DNA of 63,649 bases, counting the filler, from Octopus bimaculoides (lineage: Eukaryota), in the NCBI RefSeq assembly GCF_001194135.2. It is 6 parts of 6 records of this genome, joined end to end, with 100 filler letters (N's around TTAATTAATTAA, not from the genome) between each part and the next. Parts side by side here need not be neighbours in the genome. Positions count along the whole stretch, not along the records: positions 31,913 to 59,114 come from NC_068984.1; positions 59,215 to 61,069 come from NC_069010.1; positions 61,170 to 63,649 come from NC_069002.1; 3 more parts are not named here. One strand, written 5' to 3'. Below, one piece after another: positions 53,335 through 63,649 of this stretch. Numbering within the stretch: position 1 is the first letter of the stretch; each line of letters starts with the position of its first letter. A program made the position numbers and the translations under genes. The notes beneath the pieces are model-generated. The model was not told the origin of the DNA. It did no database searches and worked only from the letters and a program-made list of their open reading frames with translations.

Positions 53335-53362
53335 CCCGAGCAACGCCAGGTGTCTCTGCTAG
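53335..53362 (+). mobile_element. Helitron-like 3' terminus (cccgagcaacgccagg hairpin, spacer, CTAG|T)
   Basis: Short GC-rich palindrome 8 nt upstream of CTAG followed by T, the canonical Helitron end. The 5' TC end was not identified. Confidence 0.55.
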
Positions 53363-53394
<32 letters not shown>

Positions 53395-53489
53395 TAATGC
53401 TTACATTCCACTCACTCCCAATAGAGGCAACAATTTTAACACGTTTGAATGATGATAGGTTAAAGTGAGAACAACTGATGTGACATGTC

Positions 53490-54877
53490 TGTTATCAAGT
53501 GATCACTGAAACTTCTTTTCAGGTGCTGAATACCATAACTCCTTCCCATATTTTCACTCATGTCCCTTTCCCAGTTTTCAGATCCGGCACTGTCAATGTA
53601 GGCACATTGGAAGATAGGTCTAGCAAGATAGTTGTGATGCTTGAACAGAGGTGTGTCAATGTATCCCTGCATTTGATCTGTAGAAAAAGCATAGGTAGAA
53701 ACTGCAGATGTACCTGGTGTAAGCTATAGACATATAAGAAGTGCAGCAATATCAGAGGAAGGTTAACAGAGAAACTAGCTTTTGTATGTGGAAGATGCAC
53801 AGGTACAATAAATGCTGAAAATGTGCAGAAAATAGACTCCATCAACTGCCACTGGGGCAAGCTAGAGGTAGTAGATAGCTTCTGTTATCTAGGTGACCAA
53901 GTTAGTAGTGGAGGTGGATGCCCTGAGAGCATAGCTGTGAGAATAAGATTAGGCTTGGGCAAAGTTCAGAGAGTTTCTACCTCTGCTGGCAACTAAGGGC
54001 CTCTCTCTCAGAGTGAAAGGCAGATTGTATGATGCCTGTGTGTGAACAGCTGTGAAACATGGGCTGTGACAGCTGAGGACATGCGTATGCTTGGAAGAAA
54101 TGAAACCAGTACACTTTGCTGGATGTGCAATGTCAGTCTGCATGTTTGACAGAGTGTAAGCCTCTTAAGAGAAGAGTTAGGCATAAGAGGCATCATATGT
54201 GGTGTACAAGAGAGACGATTACGCTGATATGGTCATGTGATGCAAATGGACGAGGACAGCTGTGTAAAGAAGTGCCGATCCCTGTGGAGGGAACCTGTGG
54301 TAGAGGTAGACCCTGCAAGACATGGGACAAAGTGGCAAAGCATGACTTTGAACTTTGAGCCTCACAGAAGCAATGACCAGTGACCAAGATCTTCGGCAAT
54401 ATGCTGTGCTTGAGAAAACCTGTCAAGCTAAGTGAAATCATAGTCATGGCAGATGTTGGTGTCACATAACTGGCATGTAAAGAGCACCTTTCGAGTGTTG
54501 AGTCACACAGAGGCAAAGTGGCTGAGTTCCTTTCAAGCGTTTGGCCTCGGGTAGGCAAAGTGACCAAGTTTCTTTCAAGTGTTGGGCCTCATGGAAGCAA
54601 TGACTGAGAGCTTTGGCATTGTCATGATTGAGAAGACCCATCAAGCCAAGCAAAATCGCTGTCATGGCAGTTACTGGTATAACGCAAATGGCACCCATGC
54701 CGGTGGCATCTAAAAGCACTCATTACACTTTCAGTGGTTGACATTAGGAAGGGCATCCAGCCATAGAAGACCATGCCAAATCAGACTGGAGTCTGGTGCA
54801 GCCTTCCAGTTTACCAGCCCTGGTCAAACCGTCCAGCCCATGCCAGCATAGACAACGGATGTTAAATGATGATGATG
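53490..54877 (+). mobile_element. Internally deleted, degenerate RTE-clade LINE
   Basis: APE start FRSGTVNVGTLEDRS fused to a Cys-rich finger, then KLEVVDSFCYLGDQVSSGGGC..KFREFLPLLATKGLSLRVKGRLYDAC, RRLR*YGHV, GRGRP and a 3'UTR with (GAT)n. Confidence 0.88.
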
Positions 54878-55183
54878 TACTGGAGTTGAGTTGTTTGATT
54901 AAACCCTTGAGGTAGTGTCCTAGCATGGCCGCCCTCCAATGACTGAAAAAGATAAAGTTTATCAAAACACTCACTCCACTAATCAATGGACTAGTGTGTT
55001 TTCAGCAGTTTAATTCAGACTGCTATTTGCTATCTTTCTACTTTGGTTACCGATTTTCACTGAAAAAGATAAAATGTTACAACTTTATGATAAATCCTAG
55101 ATTTGTAAGAAACTCTTTGAATCCTGTGAAATACATCCTTTGCAGAATAACAGTTTTAATTGAATTCTTCTCTTTTTATCCAG

Positions 55184-55321
55184 GAAGGTCTTGTGACTCG
55201 CCTCTTCCAGTGGGCTTCGACAGATGAAGATCCTTTGTGCTACTATGCAGTAGGATTGTTAGCTCTTGCTATGGAGTTACAAGATGTTGCCTCAAATTTT
55301 AAGGATGAAAATGCTGTCTTG
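55184..55321 (+). CDS. DCAF1: DCAF1 exon 5 (EGLVTRLFQWASTDEDPLCYYAVGLLALAMELQDVASNFKDENAVL)
   Basis: Acceptor tttttatccag, donor gtataa. Matches human EGIVENLFKWAREADQPLRTYSTGLLGGAMENQDIAANYRDENSQL. 138 nt. Confidence 0.95.
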
Positions 55322-56279
55322 GTATAACTACTTTGAAAAATTTAATTTTAAAAAAATTTTTTTATCTCAATTTAAATTATGAATTTGTGTTCCCAATTAA
55401 CTGTTGGGTATTTCGTTAAGTAATTTTAATTTCACTTTCATTATAAGAAAGCAGCCTTTGGTTTGACTTCTTAAGCTAGCATTTTATCCTGAAATTATTG
55501 GTCCTGCTTCTACTTTCACATGTTTTTATCTTAGAAATTCTTTTTAAAACGTTTATCATTGCTTAACGTCCACCTTCCATGCTACAATATTTAAATAAGC
55601 AATATCATCATTATAGTTTTCTGATTATTAAATTATAAAAGCAAGATGGTGTAGTAACTAATACAATTGTTTCTAAGAGTAAGGAAAATAACTGATTTAT
55701 TTTAGAAGCAGTGTCCCCTTATTTTAGTGATTCACATATTGTCATACACCTACATTCTAAATAAGGCTGCAGGCTGACTGAATCATTAGCACGTCAGATA
55801 AAATGATTAACATCATTTATTCCAGCTTTTTACATTTTGAGTTCAAATTCTATTGAGGTCAACTTTGCCTTTCATCCCTTCAGGGTTGATAAAGTACCAG
55901 TCAGGTATTGGGGTCAGTTTAAAGGATTTACCCTCTCATCTCAGAAATTGCTGGCTTTGAACCCAGCAACAGACTGGTGTCCTGTTCAGGAGAGCGTTAT
56001 GATTTTGGTCACTTGTATGCCATGGAAACCAGTCCTAGGGCTTGGGATGAAAAAAAAAAAACAGTTTGAATATTAATCAAGAATATATTAGTAAAATTTG
56101 AGTCTGAGAAAAGATGCATTTCTAATTAACTTTAATGTAATATTGATAAGATATCCTGATAATGCCACTCAATTAATGTTAATGAATATGTGTGTGTGTA
56201 TACGCACACACACACACTCACATATGCATACCAAGTAATACAAATTGATACATTATATTAATTTATTATTTTATTTTAG

Positions 56280-56721
56280 GTTGCCCAACTGTTAAACAAA
56301 TTGCACAAATTAAGATCTGAATCATCCAAGGAACCTCTAGAAACTACTGAAAAAGAGAAAGCATGTGATAATAGCAGCAGCACTAAGGAAAAATCTCACT
56401 TCCATATGTTTGCTAAAACACATGATGAAGACAATACTTCTAATACATCGTCAGATCTTGTGTCTCTCCCCTGTACTCCTAAAAGTGTTCCATCTAACTC
56501 TTCTACATCTACCACCGTAACTCCTTCCGATAATAAAAGGAAAAGTTCATTTACCAAATCAGAAATACAGGAGAAAAAACTCCGAATATGTGAAAATTCC
56601 TCAGAAGCTAATGATGGAATTAAGAAACCATCTTTGAAGTTATCATTGTCACCAACTTATTTTAGTTATGATTCATCAAATGCTGTTACTACTCGGCGAG
56701 AGTTTTGTCCCCAAAAAGAAG
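56280..56721 (+). CDS. DCAF1: DCAF1 exon 6, Ser/Thr/Lys-rich low-complexity loop (VAQLLNKLHKLRSESS...REFCPQKE)
   Basis: Acceptor ttattttag, donor G|gtaagt. 442-nt stop-free frame (ORF track 56301-56783). The start matches human VAIVLRRLREL. Phase 1 joins exon 7 correctly. Confidence 0.9.
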
Positions 56722-56823
56722 GTAAGTATCCTGCTTTGAAGATTACTTCACTATTTATTAGCAGCCCAGCCAATGTCTTTTGAATGGATTTGGGAGATGG
56801 AAACTTCTGTGTGGGAGTTTGTC

Positions 56824-56855
<32 letters not shown>

Positions 56856-57510
56856 TGCCTCCACTGCTTACAACCAGAGTTGGGTTTTTTATGTCCCCAA
56901 AAGAATCCTGATAGAATAAGTACTAGGCTTGAAAAATATGTACTGAGGTTGATTTATTCAACTAAACCCTATAAGGCAGTGTCCCAGAATTGCTACAGTA
57001 CATTGTATGCACATGCTTACATGCACACACTATCAAAACAAAAATTCTTCCTCAGTCACTAAACTGTTTCTGGCTACAGTTTGACAAAGTGAAAATAGCA
57101 TGTTTAAATCAAGGATTTGGTGAATTGTCTATCTTTTATCTCAAAGAATTTACAGATTGTGTTTAATCGTTCTAAGACCAACTCACCCTAGACTGTTCCT
57201 TGTTCTATGATACAAACTTTCTACTTTAAAGTGATCTAAATTAAAATCTTCCATCATAACTTCTTTTTAATTTATATCCTTAATGCCAGCTTAGCAATGA
57301 CTAAATTAGTTTACAAAATTAACTGAAATAAAAGCAGTGTATTTCAACATAAATATGGTAACAAAAGGGCTAAATCTATACAGGATTGATGTGATTTTGT
57401 TTTCAACTATTTTCTTTCTCAACCAATGCCAAGTATCCTGTGAGTAGTGTGTGTGTGAGGGAGAGAACGAAAGCAAGCTTTTTTAACTGTTGATTTGTAT
57501 TTATCTTCAG

Positions 57511-57641
57511 AATCTAGTAACAGTAGCTGGTCTGAAATGATGTCCTATGTTATCGGTTCTTATTGCATGGATCCTATGAGTGCTTCCATGAAGCAAAGAC
57601 TCATTTTACACTATTTGATACCAATGGGAGAATATCAAGAG
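57511..57641 (+). CDS. DCAF1: DCAF1 exon 7 (ESSNSSWSEMMSYVIGSYCMDPMSASMKQRLILHYLIPMGEYQE)
   Basis: Acceptor tatcttcag, donor gtaaac. Matches human ELSNSSWSEMSPWVIG..QRLILQYLTPLGEYQE. Confidence 0.96.
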
Positions 57642-57902
57642 GTAAACATATTTCTAAACAACTTTCCTTTATCACTCAGTGTATGTATAGATTATTAATT
57701 TATGTAAAATATGACTAATCAAAATTTAATTATTTACTTGTTTCTTTTAACACTTTTTTGGAAAGTATTTTAATAGTTATTTTGAAAAATTTAGTATTTT
57801 TTTTTCTTATGCAATGCTAAATATACAAAAAATATTTCTACTTTCACTATCTTATGAATTTATACTAAAATTAAGCTTTATATATATACTGGTCTTTTGT
57901 AG

Positions 57903-58004
57903 TTGTTAGGCCTTGCTATTCAGTACAGAGCAATAGACCTAATTATGCATTACATCAACTTGAAAGAAAACAAGGATATTCGTCTTGCATTTGAAGCTCT
58001 CAAA
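57903..58004 (+). CDS. DCAF1: DCAF1 exon 8 (LLGLAIQYRAIDLIMHYINLKENKDIRLAFEALK)
   Basis: Acceptor cttttgtag, donor gtaagt. Matches human LLPIFMQLGSRELMMFYIDLKQTNDVLLTFEALK. 102 nt. Confidence 0.95.
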
Positions 58005-58891
58005 GTAAGTTACCATATTCTTTTATTTCAAAGTGACTGAAATTTGTTTTTTAAATATAGACATTCTCAGGTTCAACAAATCCCAACCTTATTAATTGCT
58101 CTTACCTGAAGCTAATTAACCAATCCAAGATTGTTAAAATTGATTATATTTAAATCTCACATGAAGAATATTTGGCCCTTTTAATACCAACCCACTCAAG
58201 CCTGCTCTTGGTTATATGGTACAAACTTCTCTATTTTAAAATTATTTTAATTAGAATTTCCCTTTAAGATTTCATGTTAATTTATGTTCCAAAAATTAGC
58301 ATAACAAATTTTATTACATTTTGGATCATTTTTAAAATTAATTGAAATAACGAGGGTATATTTCAATAATAAGTATAGTAACGAAGATTTAATGAGTATT
58401 AAAAAGTTGATAAACAATCAATAGCTTTGTTCTAAAATAGATTAACTGTTAATAAGACTTGAGGGTTTTGTGTCTAATCTGTGGATTTGAACATTGGTCC
58501 CCACTTTTTACATTGTTAACTATCAAATGAACACTTTTATATGTAATTTATTATTTCTTTTTATTCTTTGACATGACTAAGTAAAAACAACACTGTTTCT
58601 AAACTCTGGCAATTAGTTGATTTACATGTTTTCAAATAAATATTTAATCATCCACCAAGGTCAACTTTGCCTTTCATCCTTTCAGAATCGATAAAATAAG
58701 TACCAGTTGAGTACTGGGGTCAATGTAATGATGTACCCACTTTCCTGAAATTCCAGGCCTTGTGCCAAAATTTGAACTCGATATTTAATCATTTCTCTTT
58801 GATAAGCAAGTTTGCAGAGATTGCCTTTGTTATGTATATGAAAGTATTGTATACATTGTATTTCAATTCACTACTCTTGGTTTATTTACAG

Positions 58892-59050
58892 TACCTTGCA
58901 ACTTTGATCTGCCATAAAAAGTTTGCAACCAAATTTTTAAATTCAGATGGGGTTCAACGACTTTTAGAAGTTCACCGACCTTCCATTGCTGCTACTGGAG
59001 TTTCTCTTTGTATATACTATCTTTCTTATTTTGAAGAGACAATGGAAAGG
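58892..59050 (+). CDS. DCAF1: DCAF1 exon 9 ([53 protein letters not shown]); gene continues beyond the scaffold join
   Basis: Acceptor tttatttacag, donor gtacta. Matches human [53 protein letters not shown]. Exons 1-9 total 1341 nt = 447 codons with no stop. Confidence 0.97.
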
Positions 59051-59114
59051 GTACTACATCTTTTATTTTATCTTAAAAATTGTTATATAATTTATTCTGT
59101 TGTTTGTTTTTATG

Positions 59115-59214
59115 NNNNNNNNNNNNNNNNNNNNNNNNNNNNNNNNNNNNNNNNNNNNTTAATTAATTAANNNNNNNNNNNNNNNNNNNNNNNNNNNNNN
59201 NNNNNNNNNNNNNN
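59115..59214. other. Artificial scaffold-join pad (inside DCAF1 intron 9)
   Basis: 44N + TTAATTAATTAA + 44N. Confidence 0.95.
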
Positions 59215-59410
59215 TTGTCCATCTATCCACCTATGTATGTATTTATCTGTCTGTCTATCTATCTATCCATCCATCCATTTGTCCATCTATCCACCTATGT
59301 ATGTATTTATCTGTCTGTCTATCTATCTATCCATCCATCCATTTGTCCATCTATCCACCTATGTATGTATTTACCTGTCTGTCTGTCTGTCTATCCATCC
59401 ATCCATCCAT
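59215..59410. repeat. 64-bp minisatellite x3 built from tetranucleotide motifs
   Basis: ttgtcc recurs at 59215, 59279 and 59343 (period 64). Confidence 0.9.
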
Positions 59411-59933
59411 CCAGCCATCCAGTTTATCACCCGCTCCCTCTACCTCACTAAAGTACATACGATATAAACAAACAAACCAAATGTTACCATGGTGATTGTA
59501 TTTTGGGTGTAAAACGAGAAGAACAGGTATAGGGTTGTTGCTTGGTACCTTGCCAATATTACTGAGGGTGTCAGGTACCTCAGTGTACATTATAGAGAAC
59601 GATTCCGTGTAAGCTAATGGGTTGTGGACACAAACTCTTCTTCTTGTTGTTGTCTTTCTTGTTTTTGTTATTTTTTGTTGTTGTTTTTGTTGTTCGTTGC
59701 ATTTTATGGTTGTTTTGTTCTTTTTTTTGTTTTTGTTGTTACTTTTTGTTGTTTATGGTTGTTGTTATTGTTGTTATTGTTATTTATTGTTGTTGTTTTC
59801 GTTATTGTTGTTTATGGTTGTTTTGTTATTTTTGTTGCTTTTGTTGTTGCTGTCTTTATTGCTGTTGTTGTTTGTTTAGAGCAATCTCTAATCCAACAAA
59901 CATATACTCAAAATCGCTCCAACCATGACCACC

Positions 59934-60000
59934 AGGATAATTTAATTAGGGTAAGGTGAATTTGAAGTCTTAATTCACCTTACCTTAATTAAATTATTCT
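59934..60000. repeat. 67-nt hairpin (29-bp stem, 9-nt loop)
   Basis: 27 Watson-Crick and 2 G:U pairs on the + strand. Confidence 0.9.
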
Positions 60001-60053
60001 AAATGACTTCAGATATTTGTTCTACCTTCGTTTTGGATTTGCCTCTAATCTTT

Positions 60054-60272
60054 GTCATCATCATCATCATCATATTCATCATCATTGTTTAACATCCGTT
60101 TTCCATGCTGGCATGGGTTGGACGGTTTGACCGAGATCTGGAGAGCCAGCGGCTGCACCAGGCTCCAATCTGATTTGGCAATGTTTCTATACCTGGATGC
60201 CCTTCCTAATGCCAATCACTCCAAGAGTGTAGTGGGTGCTTTTTACATGCCACCGGCAGCACAGGAGCCAGT
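60054..60272 (-). mobile_element. RTE-type 3' tail
   Basis: (TCA)n plus the reverse complement of the RTE 3'UTR. Confidence 0.8.
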
Positions 60273-60440
60273 CCCCGTAACTTAGCGATTTGGCAAAAGA
60301 GACCGATAGAATAAGTACTACTAGGACTTACAAAGAATAAGTCCTGGGGGTCGATTTGCTCAACTAAAGGCAGTGCTCCAGCATGGCCACAGTCAAATGG
60401 CTGAAACAAATAAAAGAATAAAAGAATAAAAGAATAAAAG
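60273..60440 (+). mobile_element. SINE family A tail ending in (AATAAAAG)n
   Basis: Matches 33425-33580. Confidence 0.8.
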
Positions 60441-60754
60441 AATATATATGACAAGAAATAATTTTTGCCTTTTTTTATGGAGACAAAAAAGTTTAGGAGA
60501 CAGCAAAAATGAGTTTGAGACAGATAAAAAAAAAAACATTGATTAGAGAACAAACACCAAATTCGAGTCAACAACTTTATATATAACACCATGCCTCCAA
60601 ACATTTGATCATATATAAAGATTACCATGGTCTTCAATATATAAAAAGAATATATATATATAAAAAGTACAGAAAGTAAAATATATATATATATATGCAA
60701 ATAAAAATACAAATATATAAAATGGCTTATCAAGAAGGTATATACAATTGACTA

Positions 60755-61069
60755 TGGAGGCGCAATGGCCCAGTGGGTAGGGCAGTGGACTCGCGGTCAT
60801 AGGATCGCGGTTTCGATTCCCAGACCGGGCGTTGTGAGTGTTTATTGAGCAAAAAACACCTAAAGCTCCACGAGGCTCCGGCAGGAGATGGTGGCGAACC
60901 CTGCTGTACTCTTTCACCACAACTTTCTCTTACTCTTACTTCCTGTTTCTGTTGTGCCTATAATTCAAAGGGGTCAGCCTTGTCACACTGTGTCATGCTG
61001 AATATCCCCGAGAACTACGTTAAGGGTACACGTGTCTGTGGAGTGCTCAGCCACTTGCACGTTAATTTC
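60755..61069 (+). mobile_element. tRNA-derived SINE family C head with tail X
   Basis: Head as at 51359; 3' part as at 5640-5770 (reverse complement). Confidence 0.85.
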
Positions 61070-61169
61070 NNNNNNNNNNNNNNNNNNNNNNNNNNNNNNN
61101 NNNNNNNNNNNNNTTAATTAATTAANNNNNNNNNNNNNNNNNNNNNNNNNNNNNNNNNNNNNNNNNNNN
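61070..61169. other. Artificial scaffold-join pad
   Basis: 44N + TTAATTAATTAA + 44N. Confidence 0.95.
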
Positions 61170-61223
<54 letters not shown>

Positions 61224-61828
61224 GTATATAGCGATCAATGTAAAAGTAGACTTAAAATAGACTTAATAATTTAATTGTATTGCACCAATTTCTTCATAAT
61301 TCCAAACAAGAATGCCTTGACAATATGAATGCATGCATACACACACACATATATGCATATACATACCTTCATACATGCATGCATACATACATACATACAT
61401 ACATACATATACATATTCACACACACATATATATATATATATCTTTTACTCTTTTACTTGTTTCAGTNNNNNNNNNNNNNNNNNNNNNNNNNNNNNNNNN
61501 NNNNNNNNNNNNNNNNNNNNNNNNNNNNNNNNNNNNNNNNNNNNNNNNNNNNNNNNNNNNNNNNNNNTATATATATATATACGTATATATATACACATAC
61601 ATACACATATACATATACGTGTAGGTCCATACATACACACACATGCACACATACATACGCCACACACTGCAACATCATATAATTCCAATACCGTAACCAC
61701 ACTACATACCACCGCAACTCACCGCACCACCCCATCACACATACCTACACGACGATACACGCCCTGTACATTACTTTCCTAGACGGGTTTGGAATATTTT
61801 CTGCTCATATGACGTAGACGTATTAATA

Positions 61829-61858
61829 CCATTATTATCATTATTATTATTATTATTA

Positions 61859-61925
<67 letters not shown>
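61829..61925 (+). repeat. (ATT)n microsatellite
   Basis: Direct reading. Confidence 0.95.
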
Positions 61926-63026
61926 CACATTTCTTGTTTGTTTGTTTGTTTGTTTGTTTGTTCATGCTGCTGTTGTTTGCTGGTACAGTCTGGTAATCTA
62001 GTGCGTGATAGGTTATTTGCTGTGACCAGCCAAGCAGAAAACTTAATTCTCATTAAGACGTATCAGGAACAAAAATTCGTCCTTGTAAATTTTTTTGTCT
62101 CTCGCTATTTATTATAAGAAGATTCGCTGGCACCGTTCCACGCTTGTACTTGTTTATTTGCAGCTTTATAGAGGAGAAAAAGCAAAANNNNNNNNNNNNN
62201 NNNNNNNNNNNNNNNNNNNNNNNNNNNNNNNNNNNNNNNNNNNNNNNNNNNNNNNNNNNNNNNNNNNNNNNNNNNNNNNNNNNNNNNNNNNNNNNNNNNN
62301 NNNNNNNNNNNNNNNNNNNNNNNNNNNNNNNNNNNNNNNNNNNNNNNNNNNNNNNNNNNNNNNNNNNNNNNNNNNNNNNNNNNNNNNNNNNNNNNNNNNN
62401 NNNNNNNNNNNNNNNNNNNNNNNNNNNNNNNNNNNNNNNNNNNNNNNNNNNNNNNNNNNNNNNNNNNNNNNNNNNNNNNNNNNNNNNNNNNNNNNNNNNN
62501 NNNNNNNNNNNNNNNNNNNNNNNNNNNNNNNNNNNNNNNNNNNNNNNNNNNNNNNNNNNNNNNNNNNNNNNNNNNNNNNNNNNNNNNNNNNNNNNNNNNN
62601 NNNNNNNNNNNNNNNNNNNNNNNNNNNNNNNNNNNNNNNNNNNNNNNNNNNNNNNNNNNNNNNNNNNNNNNNNNNNNNNNNNNNNNNNNNNNNNNNNNNN
62701 NNNNNNNNNNNNNNNNNNNNNNNNNNNNNNNNNNNNNNNNNNNNNNNNNNNNNNNNNNNNNNNNNNNNNNNNNNNNNNNNNNNNNNNNNNNNNNNNNNNN
62801 NNNNNNNNNNNNNNNNNNNNNNNNNNNNNNNNNNNNNNNNNNNNNNNNNNNNNNNNNNNNNNNNNNNNNNNNNNNNNNNNNNNNNNNNNNNNNNNNNNNN
62901 NNNNNNNNNNNNNNNNNNNNNNNNNNNNNNNNNNNNNNNNNNNNNNNNNNNNNNNNNNNNNNNNNNNNNNNNNNNNNNNNNNNNNNNNNNNNNNNNNNNN
63001 NNNNNNNNNNNNNNNNNNNNNNNNNN

Positions 63027-63066
<40 letters not shown>

Positions 63067-63502
63067 TATGCAAATATATATATACATACACGTATACACG
63101 TATATGATGTGAATACATATGAATGTGAACATACCTATTTACATACACACATCCATACCCATACATATCCACACACATGTACACATACAAACACACACAC
63201 ATACGCGCCTATACACACATGCTGTTTCCTGATATCTACATGCTGGTTTTTGTGTTCTTTTCACCTTTTATCGCAAGGACGTCATCAATCATATCATCAC
63301 TTTTTTCCCCTCATCTCTTTCCTCTTCATTTTTTTTGTCTCCTCCTCTCTCCCCTTACCATTTCATTTTCTTCTCCTACGCCTTTTCCTCCCCTTATCCT
63401 CCCCTTATCCTCCTCTTTTTTTGCGTTGGTTACTTTTCACAGAGTCTGCCTCGAATCTGAATACATAATACTTACATACATATGTATGTTTGTATAAGTA
63501 TA

Positions 63503-63541
<39 letters not shown>

Positions 63542-63649
63542 GTCACAGTTACTCATATGTGACGTCACTATGTATAGGTGATGTATATGTACATACATGT
63601 ATAGATAATATATACATGTATGTGTGTGTGTGTATATATATATATATAT

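Noticed and set aside
492-63497. Long ORFs in the ORF track (e.g. 9710-10942, 20248-21486, 62095-63468)
   Set aside because: They consist of N gaps and dinucleotide or trinucleotide repeats (poly-IY/CV/HT) and are not proteins.

Overview
AT-rich, gap-ridden eukaryotic DNA with many microsatellites. The repeat families and the gene look molluscan, most likely octopus; this is inferred from sequence character, not from a database search. Five identical 100-bp pads (44N-TTAATTAATTAA-44N) show the window is six scaffolds joined artificially. One protein-coding gene is well supported: the 5' part of DCAF1/VprBP on the + strand. It has nine GT-AG coding exons (40096-59050) that splice in frame to 447 aa and match human residues ~4-429, and it is cut off by a scaffold join 64 nt after exon 9. 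The rest is mostly mobile-element debris: tRNA-headed SINEs, RTE-, CR1- and CRE-like LINE remnants, two mariner remnants and a Helitron 3' end. The most interesting pattern is a modular SINE system. One tRNA-like head with an internal microsatellite carries either a tail shared with a CR1-like LINE or an RTE-type (GAT)n tail, and other heads and bodies are also swapped. Other leads are two near-perfect hairpins, a hammerhead-ribozyme-like relic, LINE copies with internal deletions, a CRE-clade RT ending in an in-frame 18-bp tandem array, and an Asn (AAC) codon at the DCAF1 position equivalent to human D361 that A-to-I editing could recode. None of these is proven novel without searches.
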